In this document: in pieces, positions 37,666 to 47,600 of the stretch
Layout of the letters: each line of letters begins with the position of its first letter
Numbering within the stretch: the first letter of the stretch is position 1
Sequence record: OM135583.1
Origin: Escherichia phage EP01
Direction: 5' to 3' (one strand)
Length of the DNA: 64,000 nucleotides
Notes under the pieces: model-generated
What the model saw: the letters and a program-made list of their open reading frames with translations, nothing else
The model's database searches: none
What the model was told of the DNA's origin: nothing
Program-made: the position numbers and the translations under genes

Positions 37666-38475
37666 ATGCTTAAAGAACAACTGATTGCTGAAGCGCAAAA
37701 AATTGATGCTTCCGTTGCTCTTGATAGTATTTTCGAATCAGTTAATATTTCTCCGGAAGCAAAAGAAACTTTCGGCACTGTATTCGAAGCTACCGTCAAG
37801 CAGCACGCCGTTAAATTAGCTGAATCTCATATCGCTAAAATTGCTGAAAAAGCAGAAGAAGAAGTAGAAAAAAATAAAGAAGAAGCCGAAGAAAAAGCTG
37901 AGAAGAAAATCGCTGAGCAAGCTTCTAAATTCATCGACCATCTTGCGAAAGAATGGCTCGCTGAAAATAAATTAGCAGTTGATAAAGGCATCAAAGCCGA
38001 ACTGTTTGAATCCATGCTTGGTGGATTAAAAGAGCTCTTTGTTGAACACAACGTTGTTGTTCCAGAAGAATCAGTTGATGTTGTGGCTGAAATGGAAGAA
38101 GAGCTGCAAGAACATAAAGAAGAATCAGCTCGTCTGTTCGAAGAACTCAATATGCGCGACGCATATATCAATTATGTGCAGCGTGAAGTGGCATTGAGCG
38201 AAAGTACTAAAGATCTGACTGAGTCTCAAAAAGAAAAAGTCTCTGCTCTGGTCGAAGGTATGGATTATTCAGATGAATTCTCAAATAAATTGAGTGCCAT
38301 CGTAGAAATGGTGAAGAAGTCTAATAAAGATGAAAGCACTATTACTGAGGGTATAAATACTCCTGATACTGAAGCAGCCGGACTGAATTTCGTCACTGAA
38401 GCTGTAGAAGATAAAACTGCACCTGGTGCAGAAGATATTGTAAGTGTATATGCGAAAGTCGCATCTCGTTTCTAA
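37666..38475 (+). CDS. 22: prohead scaffold protein gp22
   Basis: 269 aa, E/K-rich helical scaffold; late promoter at 37632; contains the gene 23 late promoter near its 3' end. Confidence 0.92.
   Translation: MLKEQLIAEAQKIDASVALDSIFESVNISPEAKETFGTVFEATVKQHAVKLAESHIAKIAEKAEEEVEKNKEEAEEKAEKKIAEQASKFIDHLAKEWLAENKLAVDKGIKAELFESMLGGLKELFVEHNVVVPEESVDVVAEMEEELQEHKEESARLFEELNMRDAYINYVQREVALSESTKDLTESQKEKVSALVEGMDYSDEFSNKLSAIVEMVKKSNKDESTITEGINTPDTEAAGLNFVTEAVEDKTAPGAEDIVSVYAKVASRF
38352..38359 (+). promoter_or_regulatory. late promoter TATAAATA (gene 23), inside gene 22 coding sequence
   Basis: Exact box about 135 nt upstream of gene 23 ATG. Confidence 0.6.
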
Positions 38476-38493
38476 TTTTAAAGGTTAACACAA

Positions 38494-40059
38494 ATGACTA
38501 TCAAAACTAAAGCTGAACTTTTGAACAAATGGAAGCCATTACTGGAAGGTGAAGGTTTACCGGAAATTGCTAATAGCAAACAAGCGATTATCGCTAAAAT
38601 CTTTGAAAACCAGGAAAAAGATTTCCAGACAGCTCCAGAGTACAAAGACGAAAAAATCGCTCAGGCGTTCGGTTCTTTCTTAACAGAAGCTGAAATCGGT
38701 GGTGACCACGGTTACAATGCTACTAACATCGCTGCAGGTCAGACTTCTGGCGCAGTAACTCAGATTGGCCCAGCTGTTATGGGTATGGTACGTCGTGCTA
38801 TTCCTAACCTGATTGCTTTCGATATTTGCGGTGTTCAGCCGATGAATAGCCCGACCGGTCAGGTATTCGCACTGCGCGCAGTATATGGTAAAGACCCAAT
38901 CGCTTCCGGCGCTAAAGAAGCATTCCACCCAATGTATGGTCCAGATGCAATGTTCTCTGGTCAGGGTGCTGCTAAGAAATTCGCTGCTTTGAAAGCAAGT
39001 GATACTCTTGAAGTTGGAACTATTTACACCCACTTCTTCCAGGACACTGGTACTGTGTATCTGCAAGCTACAGAAGCTAAACAAATTGATTCCGCTGCAT
39101 CTGACGCAGACAAATTAGATGCTGAAATTAAGAAACAAATGGAAGCTGGTGTACTGGTAGAAATCGCTGAAGGTATGGCTACTTCTATCGCTGAACTTCA
39201 GGAAAGTTTCAACGGTTCTACCGATAACCCATGGAATGAAATGGGCTTCCGTATCGATAAACAAGTTATCGAAGCTAAATCTCGCCAGCTGAAAGCTGCT
39301 TACTCTATCGAATTAGCACAAGACCTCCGCGCTGTTCACGGTATGGATGCTGATGCTGAACTGTCTGGTATTCTGGCTACCGAAATCATGCTGGAAATTA
39401 ACCGTGAAGTTGTTGATTGGATTAACTACTCAGCTCAGGTTGGTAAATCTGGTATGACCCTGACTCCAGGTTCTAAAGCTGGTGTATTTGACTTCCAGGA
39501 TCCGATTGATATTCGTGGTGCTCGCTGGGCGGGTGAATCCTTTAAAGCTCTGCTGTTCCAGATTGACAAAGAAGCAGTTGAAATTGCTCGTCAGACCGGT
39601 CGTGGTGAAGGTAACTTCATTATCGCTTCCCGTAACGTAGTTAACGTTCTGGCTTCAGTTGATACTGGCATTTCTTATGCTGCACAGGGTCTGGCCACCG
39701 GCTTTAACACTGATACTACCAAGTCAGTATTTGCTGGTGTTCTGGGTGGTAAATACCGTGTATATATCGACCAGTATGCTAAACAGGATTATTTCACCGT
39801 AGGTTATAAAGGTCCGAACGAAATGGATGCAGGTATTTACTATGCTCCATATGTAGCTCTGACTCCGCTGCGTGGTTCCGATCCGAAGAACTTCCAACCA
39901 GTAATGGGATTCAAAACTCGTTACGGTATCGGTATCAACCCATTTGCAGAATCCGCTGCTCAGGCTCCGGCTTCTCGCATCCAGAGCGGTATGCCTTCTA
40001 TTCTGAATAGCCTTGGTAAAAACGCTTACTTCCGCCGTGTATATGTTAAAGGTATCTAA
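38494..40059 (+). CDS. 23: major capsid protein gp23
   Basis: 521 aa; N-terminus MTIKTKAELLNKWKPLLEGEG matches my recollection of T4 gp23. Confidence 0.97.
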   Translation: MTIKTKAELLNKWKPLLEGEGLPEIANSKQAIIAKIFENQEKDFQTAPEYKDEKIAQAFGSFLTEAEIGGDHGYNATNIAAGQTSGAVTQIGPAVMGMVRRAIPNLIAFDICGVQPMNSPTGQVFALRAVYGKDPIASGAKEAFHPMYGPDAMFSGQGAAKKFAALKASDTLEVGTIYTHFFQDTGTVYLQATEAKQIDSAASDADKLDAEIKKQMEAGVLVEIAEGMATSIAELQESFNGSTDNPWNEMGFRIDKQVIEAKSRQLKAAYSIELAQDLRAVHGMDADAELSGILATEIMLEINREVVDWINYSAQVGKSGMTLTPGSKAGVFDFQDPIDIRGARWAGESFKALLFQIDKEAVEIARQTGRGEGNFIIASRNVVNVLASVDTGISYAAQGLATGFNTDTTKSVFAGVLGGKYRVYIDQYAKQDYFTVGYKGPNEMDAGIYYAPYVALTPLRGSDPKNFQPVMGFKTRYGIGINPFAESAAQAPASRIQSGMPSILNSLGKNAYFRRVYVKGI

Positions 40060-40108
40060 GATATAACCTTATTATGGGAGACTTCGGTCTCCCATTCTTG
40101 TTTCTATA

Positions 40109-40390
40109 CTACGCAATCTTAACTCGACGGTTGATGATGTCACGGAAGTCAATACGATTTTCTTGGATTTTCAGCCAGTTACCAGATTTGTCTTTGGTAT
40201 GGGTAGAATATTCACCGTTCCACCAGAAGTCAGTAGCATAAGCCATGGTTTCATATTTCTTAACTAGGGCATTCACTGCATTACCGTTAGGATTGGAACC
40301 ATATTTTTCTACCAGGGCTTTGATGTCTTTATCAAGAGCGGACAGAGTAGTACGAATAAAGTTTAACTTGTTCATTTTTAATCTCCTCAT
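40109..40390 (-). CDS. hypothetical small early protein inserted between genes 23 and 24
   Basis: 93 aa ORF on the opposite strand to the flanking late genes; driven by its own copy of the early promoter/stem-loop cassette (40406-40435). Confidence 0.6.
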   Translation of the reverse strand: MRRLKMNKLNFIRTTLSALDKDIKALVEKYGSNPNGNAVNALVKKYETMAYATDFWWNGEYSTHTKDKSGNWLKIQENRIDFRDIINRRVKIA

Positions 40391-40405
40391 GTTTTTGATA
40401 GGTCT

Positions 40406-40435
40406 ATAGTAACATGTGATAACCTTGCTGTAAAC
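40406..40435 (-). promoter_or_regulatory. early promoter in a PeSL-like cassette driving the 93-aa ORF
   Basis: TTGATAGGTCTATAGTAAC...GTAAAC; -10 40406-40411, -35 40430-40435; lies between late genes 23 and 24. Confidence 0.6.
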
Positions 40436-40441
40436 AACTTT

Positions 40442-40449
40442 TATAAATA
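40442..40449 (+). promoter_or_regulatory. late promoter TATAAATA (gene 24)
   Basis: Exact box 29 nt upstream of ATG. Confidence 0.7.
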
Positions 40450-40477
40450 AACATATACTCTCAACAAGGAAAGCGCA

Positions 40478-41761
40478 ATGGCTAAAATCAACGAACTTCT
40501 GCGCGAATCAACCACAACGAATAGCAACTCAATCGGTCGCCCAAATCTCGTTGCTTTGACTCGCGCTACCACTAAATTAATATATTCTGACATTGTAGCA
40601 ACGCAAAGAACTAATCAACCTGTTGCTGCTTTTTATGGTATCAAATACCTTAACCCAGATAATGAATTTACATTTAAAACTGGTGCTACTTACGCTGGCG
40701 AAGCTGGATATGTAGACCGAGAACAAATCACAGAATTAACAGAAGAGTCTAAATTAACTCTCAATAAAGGCGATTTATTCAAATATAATAATATCGTTTA
40801 TAAAGTATTAGAAGATACACCATTTGCTACCATTGAAGAAAGCGATTTAGAATTAGCTCTTCAGATTGCAATTGTTCTTTTAAAGGTTCGCCTATTTTCT
40901 GACGCAGCGTCAACAAGCAAATTTGAAAGCTCTGATAGCGAAATTGCTGATGCTAGATTCCAGATTAATAAATGGCAAACCGCAGTTAAATCTCGTAAAC
41001 TTAAAACTGGTATCACAGTTGAATTAGCACAAGATTTAGAAGCAAATGGATTCGATGCTCCTAATTTCTTGGAAGATTTGCTTGCAACTGAAATGGCGGA
41101 TGAAATCAATAAAGATATTCTACAGTCTTTGATTACAGTATCAAAACGCTATAAAGTTACAGGAATTACTGATACCGGATTCATTGATTTGAGTTATGCA
41201 TCTGCACCTGAAGCTGGTCGTTCATTATACCGAATGGTATGTGAAATGGTTTCGCATATCCAAAAAGAATCAACTTATACAGCAACGTTCTGCGTTGCTT
41301 CAGCTCGTGCCGCTGCGATTCTTGCTGCATCAGGTTGGTTAAAACATAAACCAGAAGATGATAAATATCTTTCACAAAATGCCTACGGGTTCTTAGCTAA
41401 TGGTTTACCGCTTTATTGCGATACTAACAGCCCATTAGATTATGTAATCGTTGGCGTGGTAGAAAATATTGGCGAAAAAGAAATTGTTGGATCAATTTTC
41501 TATGCCCCGTATACAGAAGGTCTGGACTTAGATGACCCTGAACATGTAGGTGCATTTAAAGTTGTAGTTGATCCAGAAAGTTTGCAGCCATCTATTGGTT
41601 TATTAGTTAGATATGCTTTATCTGCAAATCCTTACACTGTAGCAAAAGATGAAAAAGAAGCAAGAATAATTGATGGTGGAGACATGGATAAAATGGCGGG
41701 TCGTTCAGATTTGTCTGTTTTATTAGGTGTTAAGCTACCAAAAATTATCGTTGATGAATAA
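40478..41761 (+). CDS. 24: capsid vertex protein gp24
   Basis: 427 aa; late promoter TATAAATA at 40442; terminator downstream. Confidence 0.93.
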   Translation: MAKINELLRESTTTNSNSIGRPNLVALTRATTKLIYSDIVATQRTNQPVAAFYGIKYLNPDNEFTFKTGATYAGEAGYVDREQITELTEESKLTLNKGDLFKYNNIVYKVLEDTPFATIEESDLELALQIAIVLLKVRLFSDAASTSKFESSDSEIADARFQINKWQTAVKSRKLKTGITVELAQDLEANGFDAPNFLEDLLATEMADEINKDILQSLITVSKRYKVTGITDTGFIDLSYASAPEAGRSLYRMVCEMVSHIQKESTYTATFCVASARAAAILAASGWLKHKPEDDKYLSQNAYGFLANGLPLYCDTNSPLDYVIVGVVENIGEKEIVGSIFYAPYTEGLDLDDPEHVGAFKVVVDPESLQPSIGLLVRYALSANPYTVAKDEKEARIIDGGDMDKMAGRSDLSVLLGVKLPKIIVDE

Positions 41762-41767
41762 AACAAA

Positions 41768-41790
41768 GGGACCGAAAGGTCCCTTTTTAT
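41768..41790. terminator. bidirectional rho-independent terminator between gene 24 and rnlB
   Basis: GGGACC-GAAA-GGTCCC followed by TTTTTATTT; U-rich on both flanks. Confidence 0.75.
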
Positions 41791-42795
41791 TTAACTTACC
41801 AATTCAATCCAAGCCGGACGAAGTACATCTTGTACCATTTTAACTAATTCCTTTTTAATCAAAGAAGGATTATCAGCTTGAGTTAGAGTAATACCTTCAC
41901 GAGAAGTTTCTTCCAAAATATCTTGCACAGTTAGTCCCATCACCTTTCCAAAATCCTTCGGACCAATTTCGCCAATTTTAGAAATAACGTTATTTACTCG
42001 GTTCAGTGTAACGTAGCAAGCTAAAATTCCCAGCAATTTATTATCAGCTTCTGACAGCTCAACTTTAGCTTTAATAGGCTTATCAGACTTTTTCTTTTCA
42101 CTAAATTTAGAGTTCTTGCATTTAATCGCTACGCGATTGCCATTAGGCATCCAAGAAGGATAACAAGGTTTCAATACATAACCTTCAGCGGTAAATACTT
42201 CGCCTTTTGCTTCAGCATTCCAAACGCATTTATTTGCATCAACTAATCCAGCATGGTCTACTGTAAAATTATAATCCTGGACGACAGAATCTAAATCATT
42301 TGGCAATTTAATAAGTTCTTCAAATTTACCACGACCCAAAAGTGGAGCCATTTTAAATTTGAATGTATTACAGAATGATTCCATCATATAATCATCGACA
42401 TAAGTCACATCACCACTTTCTGTAGTAACAATAATGTCAAATACATAAAAATCTTTATCACCATAATCGACATTCTTCTGAATGCCAGGTCCAGCGAATT
42501 CGCCGAAGACTTGATAAGATACAACTGCTGAAGTTTCCATAATATCTTGTACTGCTTTAATGGAATCAGCGTAATTCTTTAGAATAATTTCATACCCAAA
42601 GAAATCTTCAGCAGGAAGAATCGGTCCAGTACGTTTAGCACAAGTTGCTTTATCGCGTTCAATAATCAGTGAGAAATTTGTACCATGAATCTTTTCACGA
42701 GCTACCCATTCGCCGCCAGTCAATCCTAAACTATAAAGTTTTTCAATGAATTTAGAATTATAATGATTTTCAAGACTGCTATACTTTTTAAACAT
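41791..42795 (-). CDS. rnlB: RNA ligase 2 (Rnl2)
   Basis: 334 aa; nucleotidyltransferase motif I around EKIHGTNFS; T4 rnlB length and position. Confidence 0.9.
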   Translation of the reverse strand: MFKKYSSLENHYNSKFIEKLYSLGLTGGEWVAREKIHGTNFSLIIERDKATCAKRTGPILPAEDFFGYEIILKNYADSIKAVQDIMETSAVVSYQVFGEFAGPGIQKNVDYGDKDFYVFDIIVTTESGDVTYVDDYMMESFCNTFKFKMAPLLGRGKFEELIKLPNDLDSVVQDYNFTVDHAGLVDANKCVWNAEAKGEVFTAEGYVLKPCYPSWMPNGNRVAIKCKNSKFSEKKKSDKPIKAKVELSEADNKLLGILACYVTLNRVNNVISKIGEIGPKDFGKVMGLTVQDILEETSREGITLTQADNPSLIKKELVKMVQDVLRPAWIELVS

Positions 42796-42804
42796 AATTA
42801 ATCC

Positions 42805-43083
42805 TCAAAATGTAATTTCTAACCAATCACCATCACGCTGGTCACTATTGACTTTAAAGCTAAATCCTTCTTTTCTCAGCCAATCACCAATTTCTTCAGT
42901 AATCAATTTATCACGAGCAGTACAATAATAACTAAAATATGTTTTACCTTGTTCAGCTGCTTTATTAGCAAGTTCCGAAAAATCTTTAATAAAACACTCT
43001 AGTTTAAACTGTTTACTTTTAAGTGCTTTTTCGCGTAATTGATTAGCAAAAGATTCATTTTCATAAAGATCATACTGTTCCAT
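42805..43083 (-). CDS. hypothetical protein (T4 24.2 position)
   Basis: 92 aa ORF; synteny. Confidence 0.6.
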   Translation of the reverse strand: MEQYDLYENESFANQLREKALKSKQFKLECFIKDFSELANKAAEQGKTYFSYYCTARDKLITEEIGDWLRKEGFSFKVNSDQRDGDWLEITF

Positions 43084-43285
43084 TTTTCACCTTTTTATTA
43101 ATATGTCTTTTTCTATAGACAACTTTTTCTCGAGTCTCAAATTTATTCTTAGCAGTCATAGCTCGAGCCCATAATACAGCCACTTCTTTTGCCTGTAAGT
43201 TCAATTCACGAGCAATTTCAATGAATGACTTTCCAGACTCATGGAGTGTAAACACCACAACCTCAGTTCTCATAATCAATCTCAT
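43070..43285 (-). CDS. hypothetical small protein, possible helix-turn-helix (T4 24.3 position)
   Basis: 71 aa; segment SFIEIARELNLQAKEVAVLWARA resembles an HTH. Confidence 0.55.
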   Translation of the reverse strand: MRLIMRTEVVVFTLHESGKSFIEIARELNLQAKEVAVLWARAMTAKNKFETREKVVYRKRHINKKVKNGTV

Positions 43286-43354
43286 GTTATCGAGTTGGTG
43301 CCATTATATACATCGTTTTCTGATTGTGTTTTGTGTGCTTTCAAAATGAAGAAA

Positions 43355-43368
43355 GGGGCCGAAGCCCC
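43355..43368 (-). terminator. stable tetraloop hairpin GGGGC-UUCG-GCCCC downstream of hoc
   Basis: Plus-strand GGGGCCGAAGCCCC, identical to the hairpin at 2319-2332. Confidence 0.5.
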
Positions 43369-43373
43369 TAAGA

Positions 43374-44225
43374 TTATGGATAGGTATAGATGATACCAGT
43401 TTCTAAAGCAGTTTTATGAATGATGTATCCATTGCGCGATTCTTGAACATCAACTTCTGGATAGTCTTTCATCATCTTCTGAAGAGTGTAACGATGCAAG
43501 TAATATTTACTATCTGGGTCGTCAGTTTTCCAATCTTTACCTTCTTCGGTCATTTTTTGGATTTCATCCATAACCCACCAACCGCACCAGATATAAGCTG
43601 AAGTACGATGTGGAAGAGGATGAACATAAGGTAATTCACCTTCTGGTTCTTGAGCAACTTTATCATTCACAGTCAGTGATACTTCATTCGAAGTAACTTC
43701 CTTTGCATCATAATCTGTCGCGGTTACTTGAGCCACACACTTAATTGTTTTAACTCCGCTTGTGGAAGGAGTGTAATTAAATGTAGCGGAAGTTGCTTCA
43801 CTAACAGGAGAATCATCTACATACCATTGATATGTAGCAGATGCGCCTGATGGTTGAGAAGCTAAGGCAGCAGTAAATTGAACTGGGGTTCCAATTACTC
43901 CAGCAGCAGGACTAGCAGGAGTTACAGCTAAGGTAGTTGTCTGTGTCTTATTTTGAACTGTGATAGTTGTAGAAGCTTCTGCTGTTTCAGCATCAGAATC
44001 AGGAATAGTATTTGTTGCAACTACTTTAATAGTCTTTTGACCGGCAGGTCCTTTTAATACATAATCAAAAGTTGCTTCAGCTCCATCTTGTGGAACATTA
44101 TCTACAGTCCAAGCATAGGTAATAGTTCCACCTCCAGTTTCACCACTGGGTGTAGCAGTAAACTGCTGAGTCTGATCTATAACTCCAGTAGGTGTTTTAG
44201 GAGTTATATCAACTGTAAAAGCCAT
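43374..44225 (-). CDS. hoc: highly immunogenic outer capsid protein Hoc (short form)
   Basis: 283 aa; two tandem Ig-like repeats plus conserved C-terminal capsid-binding domain (PYVHPLPHR...GIIYTYP). Confidence 0.85.
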   Translation of the reverse strand: MAFTVDITPKTPTGVIDQTQQFTATPSGETGGGTITYAWTVDNVPQDGAEATFDYVLKGPAGQKTIKVVATNTIPDSDAETAEASTTITVQNKTQTTTLAVTPASPAAGVIGTPVQFTAALASQPSGASATYQWYVDDSPVSEATSATFNYTPSTSGVKTIKCVAQVTATDYDAKEVTSNEVSLTVNDKVAQEPEGELPYVHPLPHRTSAYIWCGWWVMDEIQKMTEEGKDWKTDDPDSKYYLHRYTLQKMMKDYPEVDVQESRNGYIIHKTALETGIIYTYP

Positions 44226-44234
44226 AAGTTATCC

Positions 44235-44915
44235 TTATTTTAATGTTACGAAAGAAGAGTTGCGTGTTTCACGAATTAAAACTGATCCGTCACGGTTAAT
44301 GTAGTAAATTAAGCTAAATAAAGTTTGGTGTGCTGACGCGTGTTCAAAACTAGTTGGGTGAGATTTCCAATCCGGAGTTTCAGCAATCCATTGATAAATC
44401 CACCAAGGAACAGTACAGAATCCTGGATTTTTTCCAATCAACTGAAGATTCGGGCTAAAGTTTTCCGGAAGAGTAAATACAGACGGCTTTTCAGATTCAA
44501 TAATCTCAGCTACAGCCTGCTCAAATTTTTCTTCAACAAAAGGAGTATCTTCAATCAAAACATCGATATTTTCAGGAATTTTATCCGTTTCTACCACTTC
44601 AATTTTAATGTCAGATTTAACCGGAGAATCAATTAGAAGTGCTGCTTCTGGATTGACCTCTTCATCGTCATATTTTAATCCCTCTGCAGCATCAGCAGCA
44701 TTAATTAAGTCTTTAATAGATAACCCATCAGTCTCTGGCATAGGTTCACTAGCGAGCTTCTGGAGGGCTTCTTCAATATCAACAACGATATTATCAAAAG
44801 ATTTATTCTTTTTGACCTTTATACCAAACTGTTCAGCATATTCAGTTAATTTAGCTTTAGCTTCTTTATTATCATCAAGAGCCTTCAGCTCTGCAATATA
44901 ATCTTTATCTATCAT
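44235..44915 (-). CDS. inh: Inh-like protein (inhibitor of prohead protease)
   Basis: 226 aa acidic protein at the T4 inh position. Confidence 0.6.
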   Translation of the reverse strand: MIDKDYIAELKALDDNKEAKAKLTEYAEQFGIKVKKNKSFDNIVVDIEEALQKLASEPMPETDGLSIKDLINAADAAEGLKYDDEEVNPEAALLIDSPVKSDIKIEVVETDKIPENIDVLIEDTPFVEEKFEQAVAEIIESEKPSVFTLPENFSPNLQLIGKNPGFCTVPWWIYQWIAETPDWKSHPTSFEHASAHQTLFSLIYYINRDGSVLIRETRNSSFVTLK

Positions 44916-44918
44916 AAT

Positions 44919-44926
44919 ATTTCCTC
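44919..44926 (+). promoter_or_regulatory. TATAAATA late-promoter-like box upstream of segE
   Basis: Exact box 39 nt upstream of segE ATG. Confidence 0.4.
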
Positions 44927-44964
44927 AGTATAAATATAGATATATTTATTACTCGGAAAATAGT

Positions 44965-45582
44965 ATGTATCACTTTGTATATGAAACGACAAATCTAATA
45001 AATGGTAAAAAGTATATAGGAAAACACTCTACTGATGACTTGAATGATGGCTACCTTGGTTCCGGTAAGGCAATTCAGCAGGCTATAAAGAAATATGGTG
45101 AAAAGAATTTCTCTAGAACAATACTAAAAGAGTTTAAAACTTCCGAAGAAGCGTACATGTATGAAGAAGAAATTATAACTCCTGAACTAATAAAAAGCAA
45201 AAATTATTATAATATGAAACCTGGTGGAATTGGTGGAATTGTTATGACTGCAGAGGTTATAGCAAAGATGAAAGAATCTTCCGCTAAGAGATTTGAAAAC
45301 TCACCGGGCACGGTATTAGGTACAACTTGTTACACCAATGGAACTAAAAATATTTTTATTAAACCCGGAGAACTTGTTCCAGAAGGATTTGTAAAAGGGA
45401 TGGTTCATCTTAATAGAAAGTCCAGAAAAGGATGTAAAGTCAAACCGACTACCACAGGAACTTTTTGGGTCAATAATGGAGCAATAAATAAATTAATACA
45501 ACCAGACGGTATTATTCCCGATGGATTTATTAAAGGTCGTCTCATGAAAAGAGACTCTAAAGGCAAATTTAGTAAGGCATAA
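44965..45582 (+). CDS. segE: GIY-YIG homing endonuclease (SegE-like)
   Basis: 205 aa; GIY-YIG module (YHFVYETTNLINGKKYIGKH); position upstream of uvsW. Confidence 0.8.
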   Translation: MYHFVYETTNLINGKKYIGKHSTDDLNDGYLGSGKAIQQAIKKYGEKNFSRTILKEFKTSEEAYMYEEEIITPELIKSKNYYNMKPGGIGGIVMTAEVIAKMKESSAKRFENSPGTVLGTTCYTNGTKNIFIKPGELVPEGFVKGMVHLNRKSRKGCKVKPTTTGTFWVNNGAINKLIQPDGIIPDGFIKGRLMKRDSKGKFSKA

Positions 45583-45584
45583 TT

Positions 45585-47093
45585 ATGGATATTAAAGTAC
45601 ATTTTCACGACTTCAGTCATGTACGCATCGATTGTGAAGAGAGCACGTTCCACGAATTAAGAGATTTCTTTTCGTTTGAGGCCGATGGATATAGGTTTAA
45701 TCCTCGCTTCAGATATGGCAACTGGGATGGACGAATCCGTCTTTTAGATTATAATCGCCTTCTTCCGTTTGGTTTAGTCGGGCAAATTAAAAAGTTCTGC
45801 GATAACTTTGGCTATAAAGCCTGGATTGACCCACAAATTAACGAAAAAGAAGAATTATCAAGAAAAGATTTTGATGAATGGCTTTCTAAATTAGAAATCT
45901 ATTCAGGAAATAAAAGAATTGAACCGCATTGGTATCAAAAAGATGCAGTGTTCGAAGGATTAGTTAATCGTCGTAGAATTCTTAATCTTCCAACATCCGC
46001 AGGTAAATCCTTAATTCAAGCTTTGCTTGCACGTTATTATTTGGAAAATTATGAAGGTAAAATTCTTATCATTGTTCCAACAACTGCTTTAACAACTCAG
46101 ATGGCTGATGACTTTGTTGATTATCGTTTATTCAGTCATGCAATGATAAAGAAAATTGGCGGTGGAGCATCAAAAGATGATAAATATAAAAATGATGCAC
46201 CGGTAATTGTTGGTACATGGCAAACTGTAGTAAAACAACCAAAAGAATGGTTCTCACAGTTTGGAATGATGATGAATGATGAATGCCATCTTGCCACAGG
46301 AAAAAGTATTTCATCTATCATATCAGGTTTAAATAACTGCATGTTCAAATTTGGTCTATCGGGTTCATTGCGTGATGGCAAAGCTAATATCATGCAGTAT
46401 GTTGGAATGTTTGGTGAAATATTTAAGCCAGTAACGACTTCTAAATTAATGGAAGATGGACAAGTAACTGAGTTAAAAATTAATAGTATTTTTCTTCGCT
46501 ATCCTGATGAGTTCACTACTAAATTAAAGGGAAAAACTTACCAAGAAGAAATAAAAATTATTACTGGGCTCAGTAAAAGAAATAAATGGATCGCTAAATT
46601 AGCTATTAAACTTGCACAAAAAGATGAAAACGCTTTTGTCATGTTTAAACATGTATCACATGGTAAAGCTATTTTCGATTTAATTAAAAATGAATACGAT
46701 AAAGTTTATTACGTATCAGGAGAAGTTGATACTGAAACCCGTAATGTAATGAAAACTTTAGCTGAAAACGGTAAAGGAATAATTATAGTAGCTAGTTATG
46801 GTGTATTTTCTACTGGTATTTCAGTTAAAAATCTGCATCACGTTGTTTTAGCGCACGGCGTTAAATCTAAAATTATTGTATTGCAAACAATAGGTCGCGT
46901 ATTACGTAAACATGGTTCTAAAACAATCGCAACGGTCTGGGACCTCATTGATGATTGCGGTGTTAAGCCAAAATCTGCTAATACGAAAAAGAAATACGTT
47001 CATTTGAACTATCTTTTAAAACACGGCATTGATCGTATTCAGCGATACGCAGATGAAAAATTTAATTACGTAATGAAAACAGTTAATTTATAA
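45585..47093 (+). CDS. uvsW: UvsW DNA/RNA helicase (SF2)
   Basis: 502 aa; Walker A LPTSAGKS; DECH box (MMNDECHL); synteny. Confidence 0.93.
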   Translation: MDIKVHFHDFSHVRIDCEESTFHELRDFFSFEADGYRFNPRFRYGNWDGRIRLLDYNRLLPFGLVGQIKKFCDNFGYKAWIDPQINEKEELSRKDFDEWLSKLEIYSGNKRIEPHWYQKDAVFEGLVNRRRILNLPTSAGKSLIQALLARYYLENYEGKILIIVPTTALTTQMADDFVDYRLFSHAMIKKIGGGASKDDKYKNDAPVIVGTWQTVVKQPKEWFSQFGMMMNDECHLATGKSISSIISGLNNCMFKFGLSGSLRDGKANIMQYVGMFGEIFKPVTTSKLMEDGQVTELKINSIFLRYPDEFTTKLKGKTYQEEIKIITGLSKRNKWIAKLAIKLAQKDENAFVMFKHVSHGKAIFDLIKNEYDKVYYVSGEVDTETRNVMKTLAENGKGIIIVASYGVFSTGISVKNLHHVVLAHGVKSKIIVLQTIGRVLRKHGSKTIATVWDLIDDCGVKPKSANTKKKYVHLNYLLKHGIDRIQRYADEKFNYVMKTVNL

Positions 47094-47108
47094 GGGCTTC
47101 GGCCCTTT
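47094..47108 (+). terminator. UUCG tetraloop hairpin after uvsW
   Basis: GGGC-TTCG-GCCC followed by TTTGG. Confidence 0.5.
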
Positions 47109-47349
47109 GGAGAAAAAGATGTTACTAGAATTTAAACAATTTCTTTATGAAGCTTCTATTGATGAATTTATGGGTAAAATTGCCTCTTGTCAAACATTAG
47201 AAGGTCTAGAAGAACTTGAAGCTTATTATAAGAAAAGAGTTAAAGAAACTGAATTAAAAGATACTGATGACATCTCTGTGAGAGATGCTTTGGCAGGAAA
47301 AAGAGCTGAATTAGAAGATTCAGACGATGAAGTAGAAGAAAGCTTTTAA
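47107..47349 (+). CDS. uvsW.1: UvsW.1 small acidic protein
   Basis: 80 aa directly downstream of uvsW after a UUCG hairpin. Confidence 0.75.
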   Translation: MEKKMLLEFKQFLYEASIDEFMGKIASCQTLEGLEELEAYYKKRVKETELKDTDDISVRDALAGKRAELEDSDDEVEESF

Positions 47350-47404
47350 ATTAAAAAAGGCCCAACCAAAAAGGAAGGGCCAAAACTATAGACTAAAGGT
47401 CACA

Positions 47405-47572
47405 CTATAGCAAAAGTTGTGTTTCATTTAATTGTTCTTCCGAACTTTCTGAAACTGGTAGTTCTTTAATGTAATTATAGCAAGGCCCAGGATGTACAGG
47501 ACCTTTGTCTGTTTCAACAACCAATGCAGAATCGATTGGAGTTTTACAGACAACACAAATCTTATCTGACAT
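47405..47572 (-). CDS. small Cys-containing ORF (55 aa), below the ORF-track cutoff
   Basis: Manual translation MSDKICVVCKTPIDSALVVETDKGPVHPGPCYNY...; CxxC plus a third Cys; downstream of the uvsY operon on the same strand. Confidence 0.4.
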   Translation of the reverse strand: MSDKICVVCKTPIDSALVVETDKGPVHPGPCYNYIKELPVSESSEEQLNETQLLL

Positions 47573-47600
47573 GATTGTCTCCTCTAAATTATATATCTAT

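Noticed and set aside
37827-38171. 114-aa Ser-rich ORF antisense to scaffold gene 22, and similar antisense ORFs inside genes 23, 29, alt and others
   Set aside because: All lie inside strongly supported structural genes on the opposite strand, with low-complexity composition and no translation signals; typical six-frame noise in A/T-rich phage DNA.
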